Shown: positions 37,001 to 50,244 of the stretch, piece after piece
Layout: each line of letters begins with the position of its first letter
Numbering within the stretch: position 1 is the first letter of the stretch
From: Bugula neritina
Taxonomy: Eukaryota > Animalia > Bryozoa
DNA length: 64,000 nucleotides
Assembly (NCBI GenBank): GCA_964035545.1
Contig: OZ037771.1
Coordinates: forward strand, 507,628-571,627
Direction: 5' to 3'
Program-made: the position numbers and the translations under genes
Notes under the pieces: generated by a model
Database searches by the model: none
Told to the model about the DNA's origin: nothing
The model's input: the letters and a program-made list of their open reading frames with translations, nothing else

Positions 37001-40000
37001 ATGTACACAACACACTACAGTAACATGTACACAACACACTACAGTAACATGTACATAACACACTACAGTAACATGTGCATAGCACACTACAGTAACATGT
37101 ACATAACACACTACAGTAATAAGTGCAGATGTTCATCCTAAGATTGTTTAGCATACGACACTGAAACTACTGCTTTAATTTTCCATCTTCTTACCTCTCA
37201 CCTTATTGGCTAGCAAATACAATCTTAAGTCTCACCTTATTGGCTAGCAGAGACATGACCTCTGACCCTTCTAGAAGCTGCTGACTCACAGGACAAGGAC
37301 CGTCTGGCAGCATCTCAGGTCTGTGATCTCTGGCAGCGAGACTCGAGTATAAACCTGGTGGCATCCGCGTCTTCTATAGAACACACAAGCAGAGTTTGGG
37401 AGACTGTGTACAGGTGGTACAGGGTATCACAAAGTATGATGTCACACATTTCCTGGTAGCGGAACGAGTGAGTTTAGTTTGTACTTTGATAGACTTAATC
37501 AGAGAGACAGCATAATATTATAGCTTTTGTCTTACACACTTCGAACGCAACTCTTCTTTGGTGTTGAAGATAAGATCTGCATGTTCCTTCTTAGTTTCAA
37601 CTACGAGAGTGACTTGGTGCTGCTCACATTTGAAGTGCAACTTCCACCTGTTTCCTGGGGAGATCTTGACGGAAATATGTTCGTTGAGCTGAAACAGCAA
37701 TCCACAGGCTATACTGAACAGTAGTCTACAGGCTATACTGAACAGTAGTCTACAGGCTATACTGAAGAGTAGTCCACAGGCTATACTGAACAGTAGTCTA
37801 CAGGCTATACTGAACAGTAGTCCACAGGCTATACTGAACAGTAGTCTACAGGCTATACTGAACAGTAGTCCACAGGCTATACTGAACAGCTGCATATATT
37901 TATAGCTAATTACTGCAATAACAATAGCAGTATATTTTATTTATAGCTAATTACTTTGAGTGTAGCAGGGGGCGGCGGGTCGCCTGGAGCCCACCCTTTC
38001 CTTATTCTTCCACCAGGATAAAACCACAGTCCACATGACTTGCTGTATTTTAAGAAAACACAACTAAAGTTTACAATGCTGAATAACAAAACTCAGAAGT
38101 GATTTTATATACACGGTTATATCATTCATATTACAGACTAATGAATGTGTATGTTACCAACTCATTGCTTACATTGTTTGTTATCCAACTTAATAGAAGT
38201 CAAAATAGACACCATATCATATCACAATATATCATATAACAAGATATCATATCACAATATATAATATTACAATATATCATATCATAATATATTATATCAC
38301 AATATATAGCACAATATATCATATCACAATATATCATATAACAAGATATCATATCACAATATATAATATTACAATATACCATATCATAATATATCATATC
38401 ACAATATATAGCACAATATATTATATCACAATATATATAACAATATATTATATCACAATACATCATATCACAATATATCATATCACAATATATAATATCA
38501 CAATATAATGCAGCACAAAGATATTAACAAGCTATACATACCTATGCATGTAACACAGCTCACCATTAGAATAATAGAAAGAGCAAGTACCACCGGGAGT
38601 TATCAGTCCTCTGAAGGGACTGTCACACTTAGCACTAGCGTCTAGTAGCAGGTAATAAAACCCACCAGTTGGGCTGCGGCTTCTGACAATGGCAGGTAGA
38701 CCAGTCGAGTAGCTAGCGACATATTACGGCAATGAGCAACAATGTAATGAAACACACTTTATGCTGAGAGTATAAACTTATACGATGAAGTTTAAAAATA
38801 GTTGGAATTAAAATAAATCTGAAAACTCAAAAATATGCAAAACCAGATTAAACTGGGTGACTCTAAACTAACTAAAATATAATGAATCAACACTATTTAA
38901 ATAACACTCAACACTGGAATACACAACCTATATTGAAATAGTGAGAATGTATTATTCATAGTGTTGCAGTTTAATCATTCATTATATATAGTCACAATAG
39001 TACCCATCTAAGAGGATCTAACAACTTATAAACTCAGCTGCATTTGGTTAAAGTCATCTCGGAGTAAGTCACCCCCCCCCCCCGCCCCCCACCACACAGT
39101 TGCACTTAGAACTCACGCCCTAAACCATCAACTAAAACACAAGGCATTATTCTGTACGTAGATAAGCTCAGTGCCAGAGCCTGACTCTGTGAGAGGAAGT
39201 TATACTTACCATATGACTTGACTGCCGTCTGCTACTGTTGACGTGAACACTGACTTCTTCGTAAGAGGAAGGGAGTTGGTTAAAGACTTCAATGCCTCTT
39301 TACTTGACTTTAGGAGAGACTTTTGGAGCTGCAGTACATCTTTTTCAGCAAGAAACGACTGAAACATACTTTTGTATTATATACAGTAAGTACATACAGT
39401 ATATACTGTAAGTACATACTGTATATACTGTAAGTACATGTATACAGTAAGTATATACTGTATATACAGTAAGTACATACAGTATATACTGTAAGTACAT
39501 ACTGTATATACTGTAAGTACATGTATACAGTAAGTATATACTGTATATACAGTAAGTACATACAGTATATACTGTAAGTACATGTATACAGTAAGTATAT
39601 ACTGTATATACAGTAAGTACATACAGTATATACTGTAAGTACATGTATACAGTAAGTACATACTGTATATACTGTAAGTACATGTATACAATGCATACAT
39701 TTATCTTAGCTTATAAAACTTGATTCACAGAACATTCCTTACTCTCACACATTTCACCTACTCTATCACCTCCAGTTCACCTACTCTACCACCTCCAGTT
39801 CACCTACTCTATCACCTCCAGTTCACCTACTCTACCACCTCCAGTTCACCTACTCTACCACCTCTAGTTCACCTACTCTACCACCTCCAGTTCACCTGCT
39901 CTACCACCTCCAGTTTACCTACCTTACGACCTCGAATGTCTAGACGTCTGAGTGGGACTGGCTGGTTCCGTTTCTCCCCGTAGTACACAATTGATGGACT

Positions 40001-43000
40001 CACCAAAGTATTTTTTGCTTTTAGCTCAGCTTGAAATGTATTTCTGAAATAATATGGAAACCAGTGTGTGAAGAACCAAATTGCATATTGTAACAGTTAC
40101 TGAAGAATCAAACAGTTTATTGGTAACTTTACCGGTGAATTATCTGTTTGCACAGCTGAAGTTGTTTTTTTAGATGAACAGAACACGAATATCATGTAGA
40201 ATGCATGCTGCTGAGAAATATCATGTAGAATACATGCTGCTGAGAAATAATAAAATCTTGTATTTTGGTTATTCAAAATAAAATGCTAGAAGAAAGATGC
40301 ATCATTATTGAAACTTACATTTTTGCTGCTTCAACCTTCAATTTGGCAGCACAAATCAGCTCTCTCTTTATACTAAAAAGCAGTAGCATCAATTTGAATT
40401 TGTTTTTGCATAGGAAAATATACGTATGAAAACATGTATATTAGCTTACTACACCTGTCTTGAATGCAATGGCCTTAAAATCCAATAGATATAGTACTCT
40501 ACACAGTACACTATAAATGCTTACCCACTACTGTTCAAGTAGTCTGGGGAAGGAGACTGGATGTCAGATGTCAGATTCTTCAACGAGGGATGAGATTCTA
40601 TGATTGACTGAAAATAGAACATCAAATGTAATAGCTGGGACTAGTAGTTAGGTATATACAGCTAGTAGTTAGGTATATACAGCTAGTAGTTAGGTATATA
40701 CAGCTAGTACAGGTATATACAGCTAGTAGTTAGGTATATACAGCTAGTAGTTAGGTGTATACAGCTAGTAGTTAGGTATATACAGCTAGTAGTTAGGTAT
40801 ATACAGCTAGTAGTTAGGTATATACAGCTAGTAGTTAGGTATATACAGCTAGTAGTTAGGTATACACAGCTAGTAGTTAGGTATACACAGCTAGTAGTTA
40901 GGTATATACAGCTAGTAGTTAGGTATATACAGCCAGTACAGGTACATACAGCTAGTAAACAAAAACAATACCTGCTTCACCAGCTGACTCCAAGCCACGC
41001 TGACTACAGAAGTGCTACTGGCTGACTCAGATGGTGTCCCAAGAGAGAGTTTTCTCAGCAAGTATTGAGCTTCAATGTCCACCTTTGGGTCTAATGGAGG
41101 TAATGTCCTGCTCGTGGGTCCTGGAAGGCAAGAAAGCACGTCGCTAGATGATGGAGTAGAACATTTCTCTCTACGAGTTGATTTTCTTCTGGAATTCTTA
41201 CTTTCTACAATATAACATAATATAATATAATATATATACTTTCTATAATATAATATAATGTATATACTTTCTACAATATAATATAATATAATATAATATA
41301 CTTTCTATAATAAAAATTTTAAAAATATAAAACTGATTGACATACTGATGCAAATAGTTTTGAATTCTTTTACAGTAAAGCTTTAGTTCCTTGAAAACAT
41401 GCAGTTGAAATAATGTGCAGAATGGAAATAGCGACTGTGGCATATGATGATGATATAAAACTAAATAGAGAGGGGTGCATCAAAATACGCTATAGACAAT
41501 ACCAGTTTACCATAATCAGGTCTATGTAATTGATTATAGTATAATAAATTAATAGTTGAGGGGTTGACTATTAATTGCAGAAAGCATATCTGAGACAGAG
41601 ACGTGCCAACCGCCTACCGTATTGAGTCGAGGCTACACTATTAGGAACACTGGCAATACTAGTTCTTTGGTCTCCACAGACTGCTTTATTAGTCTCTGTG
41701 TTCTAAAACATACCACCATCCTGGTAGACATTGTGCTGACAACTTGAGAATATGTGCTAACAATTCACTGCAAGCAGTTCACCGCAAACAGTTCACTGCC
41801 AACAGTTCACTGCAAACAGTGGATACATTTAACTGCTTAGTGAGATGAACACAATATCTCTCAACTGTAACTCTGAGCGTACTCTGTGGGCAAGCTTATT
41901 ATGTCAAGTATAGAAGCAGGGTGTTTTCTGCTATTTATATAGTTGCTATAGCAACAATCACTTACTGTCAAACCCTTCACTGGATATGACTGGACTTGTG
42001 GAGTTATCACTCCAATGTTATTCTCATAATCTATTGAACTCGCCGAGTTCCGACTGACACGAGACTGCCTACTGGTCATTTCATCATCAACAAGAGATGT
42101 TACATCTTCCGTGATTGGCTGAAATGGTAATACATCATTCATACATTATTTATGCATTAGTTGTGTATATATTAGTCATCCATATTAGCTATATCTTGGG
42201 AAAGTTTATAGTCATCATCACTGTGAGAAAACCCCTGATGGAAATACTTTTTTGTTAAATTGGGCTAAGGACTTATTCAGATGGGGCACAGGAGCAATTA
42301 TGACTGGATGCTCTTCACCAATGGCCTTTGCCTGAGTTCAAACCCATGACTTGGTATTTACTAAGCCCCTCGACCTGGCTGCTTCCTATAATATATTAGT
42401 TACACATTATGTAATACCTTCAACAGACTCTTCTCATTGTTAATGAGTAACATCAGAGCATGGTCAACATCTACATGATCGTCACCCTGAAACCACAACA
42501 TAAGGTCAAGGTCAATCGTAGCAAAACTCATTCAACAGCATGATATCTTGAATAGCTTTAGTCAACAACCCTGAAGTTAACAGATATGGTAGAATTAATA
42601 TTCCCAGGAAACAGTGCACATATCTGCTGTACTGAAACTGTCAGTGTGCAATACTGCACCATCCAGTGGCAGTGTCGTCCATAATCTAATCTAATAACAC
42701 CTGCTTGCATATACCATATAACTATAGCATGCTATAATATAGTATGACTATTGCATTATGGTACAGTATGACTATTGCATTATGGTACAGTATGACTATT
42801 GCATTATGGTACAGTATGACTGTTGCATTATGGTACAGTATGACTATTGCATTATGGTACAGTATGACTATTGTATTGTGGTACAGTATGACTATTGCAT
42901 TATGGTACAGTATGACTATTGTATTGTGGTACAGTATGACTATTGCATTATGGTACAGTATGACTATCTGTTGCATTATGGTACAGTATGACTATTGCAT

Positions 43001-43148
43001 TATGGTACAGTATGACTGTTGCATTATGGTACACTATGACTATTGCATTATCATACCACAAAGTTACTGCAGCTTTTACCTTCACAGATACTCTAAGCTG
43101 AGTCTTCATACTTCCAGGTCCAATAAACTTCCAGTTACTTCCAGGCAT
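34062..43148 (-). CDS. FAM194-domain protein (ERICH6/C3orf20-like)
   Basis: Many small phase-compatible exons. The spliced core DGSQVICYSTGLPAIV...GGTCSFYYSNGELCYMHSKSCGLWFYPGGRIRKGW...LKLNEHISVKI matches the FAM194 pattern (DG...YxSGxxAI, CYxxNG, GxxxxxW, LNxxIxVxI). The termini are less certain. Confidence 0.68.
35554..36110. repeat. Intronic ~41-bp minisatellite TAGAGAGAGGAGTAATAGATACTAGTACAACATACAGTATAAAC
   Basis: ~13 copies. Confidence 0.9.
37689..37889. repeat. Intronic 24-bp minisatellite CTGAACAGTAGTC(T/C)ACAGGCTATA abutting a 3' splice site
   Basis: ~8 copies; sense units end TGTTCAG. Confidence 0.88.
39379..39922. repeat. Two intronic minisatellites: ACAGTAAGTACAT/ACTGTATAT type (39379-39690) and 23-bp CACCTACTCTACCACCTCCAGTT (39754-39922)
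   Basis: Tandem copies. Confidence 0.85.
40640..40957. repeat. Intronic 21-bp minisatellite CTAGTAGTTAGGTATATACAG
   Basis: ~15 copies. Confidence 0.9.
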
Positions 43149-43560
43149 AGTTGACCTTCAGCAAGTCAATCTGTGAAACAGTGAACTATAGACAGTAGTA
43201 TATACACCACGAGTTTAGCACCATATACTCAGTAATATATACTAATACATCATATACTCAGTAATATATACTAATACACCATATACTCAGTAATATATAC
43301 TAATACATCATATACTCAGTAATATATACTAATACATCATATACTCAGTAATATATACTAATACATCATATACTCAGTAATATATACTATTACATCATAT
43401 ACTCAGTAATATATACTAATACATCATATACTCAGTAATATATACTAATACATCATATACTCAGTAATATATACTATTACATCATATACTCAGTAATATA
43501 TACTAATACATCATATACTCAGTAATATATACTAATACACCATATACTCAGTAATATATA
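42743..43560. repeat. Two minisatellites flanking the first coding exon of the FAM194-like gene: 24-bp TATGACTATTGCATTATGGTACAG (42743-43050) and 28-bp CATCATATACTCAGTAATATATACTAATA-like (43219-43560)
   Basis: Tandem copies. Confidence 0.88.
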
Positions 43561-43992
43561 TACCACGAGTTTAGCATCATATATTTACTATCTATTCTTA
43601 ATTATTGTTTTAGAATCTCTAAGACTGTAGCTTGTACACTCAGAAATAAACTTGTAGTATGTTATACATTAATACAATATACTGTAATACAACATATTAC
43701 AATAATATAATGTACAATAATAATGCCATGTACTATAATAATACAATGCACTACAATACAATGTGAAATAATAATACCATAGAAAATAACTTACAATGTA
43801 AAAGATAACAGATGTTTTGCCATTCTACATTATTGTTAGCAGAATGCATTACTTCAAGTAATTTCTTGTGTTTATGTTGAGCAGCAACCACTACAAACAT
43901 CTTTAATTGACTAATCTAATGAAGCATTATGTTGTATTACAGCAATTATATATTTTTTATTTTGAGAGACTTTAATGAACAACTAAACAACT

Positions 43993-44404
43993 AAACATGT
44001 ATGCACTTCCTTACAGTAAACATGTATGCACTTCCTTACAGTAAACATGTATGCACTACCTTACAGTAAACATGTATGCACTACCTTACAGTAAACATGT
44101 ATGCACTAGCTTACAGTAAACATGTATGCACTACCTTACAGTAAACATGTATGCACTACCTTACAGTAAAAATGTATGCACTTCCTTACAGTTAACATGT
44201 ATGCACTACCTTACAGTAAACATGTATGCACTACCTTACAGTAAACATGTATGCACTACCTTACAGTAAACATGTATGCACTACCTTACAGTAAACATGT
44301 ATGCACTACCTTACAGTAAACATGTATGCACTACCTTACAGTAAACATGTATGCACTACCTTACAGTAAACATGTATGCAGTACCTTACAGTAAACATGT
44401 ATGC
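43993..44404. repeat. 25-bp minisatellite AAACATGTATGCACTACCTTACAGT, ~16 copies, downstream of the TIR-STING stop
   Basis: Near-perfect tandem copies. Confidence 0.92.
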
Positions 44405-44582
44405 AATTTTTGTTTGTTATGATAAATGGAAATTTTCAGTAATTTAGATACAGTCACACAATCAAACCTGATAATAACTAAAAGTAAGAATAAAAGTGTT
44501 AAACTACTCAAACTTGTTAGGATCATATTAAAAAGACGTAGCACACAATATTGATACTCCAGGGAACTTCAGGTGGTGGTTA

Positions 44583-47500
44583 CTAAGTGCAGTGAATTAT
44601 TTGTAGGGAGAGCTGTCACTGTATATCTTCAGTGAAACTGGAAACGCTAGAAAAGCATATACTGTAATTATAATGAATATAATAACTAGTATAAGCCTGG
44701 TTTCACCACACAGAACACAGTTTATGGGTTAATAAGTTCATCATAGTGTTTATAACATGTATTACGGAGGAGTTACCTTGCAGTCTCAAGGCAATTATAT
44801 TCTCACCTATCTCCGCTTTGTCCTGTATGGTAAGTAAGTCAGTAAGTAAGGTTTAAGTTTGATTGTTAAGTATATTGAGGTGTAAATCCAATTGCAGCCC
44901 AACATTGCCAGTATTGAAGAGCAAAACCAATACTTATTTCCCCTGTACCCAAATATATGGCCATGGTTTCTGCAACCCATTCATTCCAGCCACATGATAT
45001 GATATGCCAGAGGATGTACCCTCCAAGTACAATAGTAAGTGTATGTTTAGGTACATGCGAAACTACAGGTGTAAGTGGTGCTTAAAGCAGAGGGCATTGA
45101 GAGTAGAGAAAGAGCATGCTGGAGGTTATATATTATATATTTGAAAAAGAGACCAGAATAAATATATATATATAACAGGTGAGTATTTATCACTATATAG
45201 TGATAGGTAATAGTGGAGAGGTGTAACTGAAAATAGAAAAGGGCACAGGCACGATCAATATTACATTTTATTACTGTAAAAAATTACAAAGAAATGATAA
45301 CTTTATAGAAATTGAAGCAACATAATGTAAATACTAGTAAAAAATCATTTGCATAGAAAATATGGCTTAATATCAACAAAATCCTTCAAAAGTTTGATTG
45401 TTTCAAAAATGGACTTCTTAACCACCAAGTCTGTGTAAAGAACTAACAAAGAATAGTTGTGATAATAATTTCTTTTTTTTATAAGTTATGCCCGACTAGC
45501 ATTAGTTAATATGTATACTGATGACTTAACTGCTAGAGTGAAGATACAGCGGCACGGTAGACACTCCAGCCTACCAGCTTGGCAAATTAGCTTCAAAACG
45601 TAACAAGTGTTTCAAAAGTCAGTAAAAAATAAAAATTTAAAACCTTTCACCAAAAATAGAAGAGATAAGAGAATGGAAAAAAGATATAGAACTGCATGCA
45701 TATAATAACTAGTAAACTAACTCCACTGTCATAACCTCGTCATACCAAACCACGACTTGATGAGAGACGTCAGTTTTCCTTTATTTCTACAACAGGGCAA
45801 GCAGCTGCAAGGAACTGTATTCGTATTGATATGAACTCATTATATCATGTCTACACAACTCCTTAGGCATATAATAGAAACTACACCATTGCACAGTTGA
45901 AAGAAATATAAAATACATTATATTTAAATGGCCCACAGCTTTAAATTCCACCAACTTCTGGACCTCTATTGATGTACAAGTAATGCAATACATGTGAAGT
46001 GAAGTGTAGCCCTTACCTCTCACCTGCAGAGTCTGAAGTTGCTGTAACGACTGCTCCTTGGCTGAAATATAAAACACAGTTTTGAAGGCAATGACTGTAG
46101 TAAAAACGCATAACGCTATCACAGAGTAGCGTAGGACTGAAGGCAATGACTGTAATACAGACACGTAGAGCTATCATAGAGTAGCACAGGACTGGCGTAC
46201 ATACATGACACTCACCTTGTTGCTTCTCTTTCAGGATCACTTCTATCTGGTTAATTATTGTTGAGGATAAATCAGCTCTCCCGTCAGCATCAGCTGAGAA
46301 ACAGGACAAAGAGTATAACTAACATGTGACTAACAGATGATACAAAGAGTATAACTAACACGTGACTAACAGATGATACAAAGAGTATAACTAACATGTG
46401 ACTAACAGATGATACAAAGAGTATAACTAACACGTGACTAACAGATGATACAAAGAGTATAACTAACATGTGACTAACAGATGATACAAAGAGTATAACT
46501 AACACGTGACTAACAGATGATACAAAGAGTATAACTAACATGTGACTAACAGATGATACAAAGAGTATAACTAACATGTGACTAACAGATGATACAAAGA
46601 GTATAACTAACATGTGACTAACAGATGATACAAAGAGTATAACTAACACGTGACTAACATGTGACTGTCATGACAGTTCCACAACAACACGAATGTCCTA
46701 TTCAGTGGCCTAGTATTGCAGATTATTAAATGCAGTGAAATGAACAGGGAATCGTTGAAGTGAAAACTGACTGCCTACTTGTAAAGAAGACGAGTCTAAA
46801 CATATAGAGGGAGCGGGAAAGCGGGCTATGGGAGAGAACTTGGTCTAGAAGGTCTTTGAAGTTCCTGACTTGGTGCATCATCTCGTCCTTTGACAGTCCA
46901 GCCAATCCCTCGCGACTCATTTCATACATGGATACCACAGGAGTTGCGTACTCTAACAATGCGTAATACTCCTGGGAAAACCCTACATGTGTGTACTATA
47001 TGCTTCAAGCACATTTGAAAACATTGAAATAGTTTCACAAAATAAAATATGATCTAAAAACAAAAAATAGTAAATTATTTAATTAATAAAGATTAGAATT
47101 CTTGTTGACTTTATTTAAATCACATACAATACTCAAACTAAAAACCAACATTTTATATTAAATTATGCTAACTTTGAAAAAATGAATAATTTTAGAGGTT
47201 CAACTTTTAGGAACTGCATTTTCATATTACATATATGAGAGAAAACCAGTTTGAAAACCCAACACGAATATGCAGCAAATAAACAAGTGTGTTCATAAGT
47301 TACATTCTTATAACAAACCTTGCCTTCGTTGTCCTTCACGCTGTAGATGTAGTTGTTGTAGTTGCGAGCAATGACACCAGCACGGTTGACCTTAGCGGCA
47401 GCGAGGGGCGCCAGTTTCTGGATGCGAGGGTCACAGTTGGAGATGTCGCTATGACAGTTCCCGCTGGCAGGCACGAGAATGAACAGGGTGGGCAGGAACG

Positions 47501-50010
47501 GCTTACCCTCCTGGTTGTAGTACTCGGAGCTCTCACATCTGTCTTCAAGGGCTGGAAATAATGATGAAGATGATTGTTATAGTAGTAGGGTAATGTCATG
47601 CTGCATGCTTCAATCTCTATGTAGTATATATGTTTGAGCAACTTTAACAACACACAGTTAATGAATATAATAGATGAGTTATTGTCAAGGGAGATAATAG
47701 TCTTGAGGTGACAGGTCTGTTTGGGAAGAGGATGGACACAGTAACACAACTCCACTCAGTTCTGAAATGAAGAGTGAAGCAGTACCTGATTGCTACAAAT
47801 AAACACATCCTGTAACAGTTAGACAGGTGTGATTCACCAGGAATTTAGACAGTTGTCAGGTTTCTCCTGTCCAAATCTTTGTTTGACAACCAGTTACTGC
47901 TAGCAGATTTACCACAATTGGCAGTGAAACAAGCATGACTCATTTGCTTACGTCTAAATAATAGAAATTCTCTGTGCAACTAGACACATTGATAGCCTAT
48001 GCAGTGCATTCATGGAAATTATTGATAAAAACAAATTCATGAGAAAGTATTTGGAAATTGAGGCCACTAACACATAACTCTCCAGTTTTACAGTTATAAT
48101 TTAGTGGGTGAGGCAATGCAATATACATGGTTAGACAGTGGTGTGTGCAGACATGTGCATAGGAAAGCTTAGATAAAAGACGGGCAAGTCTAGAGCTCAA
48201 AGAGTTCACAGGGAATACTCACAGGGAATACTTACAGGGAATACTTACAGGGAATACTTACAGGGAATACTTACAGGAAATACTTACAGGAAATACTTAC
48301 AGGGAATACTTACAGGGAAATATGAGTTTCAGATAGCCGTAGTAGTAACTCCACACCAAACCCTGAGCCACATTGCCACATGGTAACGACACTTTCAGCG
48401 GAATATCAGGACCTACAGTCACATGACCAGTAGTGTCACCTGACTAGAGATGTCACATGACCAGTAGTGTCACCTGTCTAGAGATGTCACATGACTAGCA
48501 GTGTCAGCTGACTAGAGATGTCACATGACTAGCAGTGTCAGCTGGCTAGTAAGAACTCACCTAAGCTGTCTAGAAAACTTTGAAAATTTCATTAAAACCT
48601 AAAGTTTGCGTTTTAATAAGTTGCGCAGACTATCCACTGTTAATGAGTTGGCATGAATCCATCATAACAAAGTAAATAATGACATATTTTTGCTAGTAGA
48701 TTTAATTAGCATAACATTTACCTGCCACAGCCTGACTTATTCTCAGCAGATCAATGTCGGTACCTTTGTACTCAAGATAGGAGTATGAGTAGACACCCAA
48801 CCTGGTTGTCTTGGCCTCTTCCTCAGACAAGTCCAAGCAGACTGGCACCAGCAGCTGACGTTTGTGTGTGTTATTGTTGTGGATGAATAGGAGAGTCTCG
48901 TGGTCAAAGTAGTTGCTAGAAGATGATGATAAAGATGATGGGAGCTCTTAGCCTTACCAGTATGTGGGGTTTTGGACAATAAGTTGATTAAGAGGTAAGA
49001 TTCAGGACTGAGCCAGTAACTAATAGGTGAAGTGTAAACCAAGGGATGCATACGAGCAAAACTCAACCAAAGAAGCCGTTCTTAACTGTTGTTTAGAAAG
49101 TTTATTCAAAGAAACTTTAATTTAATTTGTTGAAATTTGTTTGGCTAATTTTCAAAAAGAAAATCTACTGCTCTGAAGAAGTCACAAGGAAAAACAGTCG
49201 AGAGTTGTCTGACCAGCTATAATTGATACCTTTTCAGGTAGCTCTTGCTACCAGCTATAATTGATACCTTTTCAGGTAGTTCTTGCTAAGGAGGACTACC
49301 ACTCTTCGTGACTTCTGCACACATCTCTCTATGTTATCAGCTAGAGGTACGCCCAGTTTAAACTCCAGGCATATTGCTACTTTGAAGGAGTTTGACTTCA
49401 GGTAACTAGCAATCCGTTCAGCTAGTAGTCAGTAGGAGATAAATAGTAACAATCACATCAATGAAATAACACTACTAGAAACTGAAACCAGCTGCAAAGT
49501 TCAAATATGTTTATACAGCTTTAAGAAATAAGAACAATACATTTTAAAAAACAAACATTCAATTGAACCCTCAAATTACCTGATGGATTTAAAGATGGTA
49601 TACTTTTAACAATAAAACATTAAATTTTTTGCAGTAGTGTATTTTGATTAATACATTATTGAAATTTTACCCGTTTTGCAGTAATTAAAAATTATTTATA
49701 CTTTATTTTCAGACATCAGCTATAGTTTTATGCAAACAAAACTATTTATAGACAATAATTTATTTTGTGTCAACGCAAACATTTCTGAGCTGAGAAAAGA
49801 CTGAAAAATAAAAATTACATTTATAGCTAGTAATTATACTACATAAGTTCTTGTGCAGTATCAACAAAACATATTACAAATGAGCTTCTACTAACACTTA
49901 ATATACTCTAGCTTACCAACGTCTTTATCTTCATAAGAGAATGCTATAAAACAATGGTACTCTAAGCTCCCATCTAAACTGGGTACCTCGCAGTCTCTTT
50001 CAGCATCCAT
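44583..50010 (-). CDS. TIR-STING fusion: N-terminal TIR domain + STING cyclic-dinucleotide-binding domain, no transmembrane segments
   Basis: Phase-consistent exons 50010-49917, 49421-49268, 48915-48722, 48412-48314, 47551-47319, 46971-46779, 46293-46216, 46061-46024, 44822-(44807 or 44777), 44646-44583. TIR: YHCFIAFSYEDKD...FKLGVPLADNIERCVQKSRRVVVLLSKNYLKSNYFDHE...LLVPVCLD. STING: NVAQGLVWSYYYGYLKLIFP, LFILVP, NRAGVIARNYNNYIY, LEYATPVVSMYEMS. Confidence 0.93.
46307..46665. repeat. Intronic 39-bp minisatellite ACAAAGAGTATAACTAACA(T/C)GTGACTAACAGATGAT, ~9 copies
   Basis: Near-perfect copies. Confidence 0.9.
48208..48318. repeat. 13-bp tandem repeat (9 copies) multiplying the 5' splice site of the STING dimerisation-helix exon
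   Basis: Sense unit CCCT|GTAAGTATT; plus-strand units start at 48208, 48221 ... 48312. Confidence 0.92.
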
Positions 50011-50244
50011 AGATCTAAAGTTTCAAAACTTTCATCATCAGAAAACTAATAAGCAACCGCTAATAGTACGTTCACTTATGTTTGGCTCATCCTATATCAT
50101 ATAAATATATGTTTGTTATTTCAACTCTTCATATACCATAAAAGGAAAACTATTTTATCACTTGCAAGTTCCATGAGTTACAAAATGTTAATGAATGCAA
50201 CATTCACTTTGGCAATGCTTTGGTTGGCTACTCTAATTTTAAAG

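Noticed and set aside
39071-39095. Poly-C tract (G-quadruplex potential on the minus strand)
   Set aside because: Single intronic homopolymer with no supporting context
42300-42375. GAGTTCAAACCC, a possible Pol III B-box (tRNA or SINE)
   Set aside because: No convincing A-box, cloverleaf or second copy in the window
2839-46665. Regular 20-44 bp arrays as possible CRISPR arrays
   Set aside because: Head-to-tail repeats with no unique spacers, no cas genes, and a eukaryotic intron context
48561-48640. Possible extra small exon between TIR and STING
   Set aside because: The phase-compatible frames contain stops; exon 48915-48722 already joins 48412 in frame
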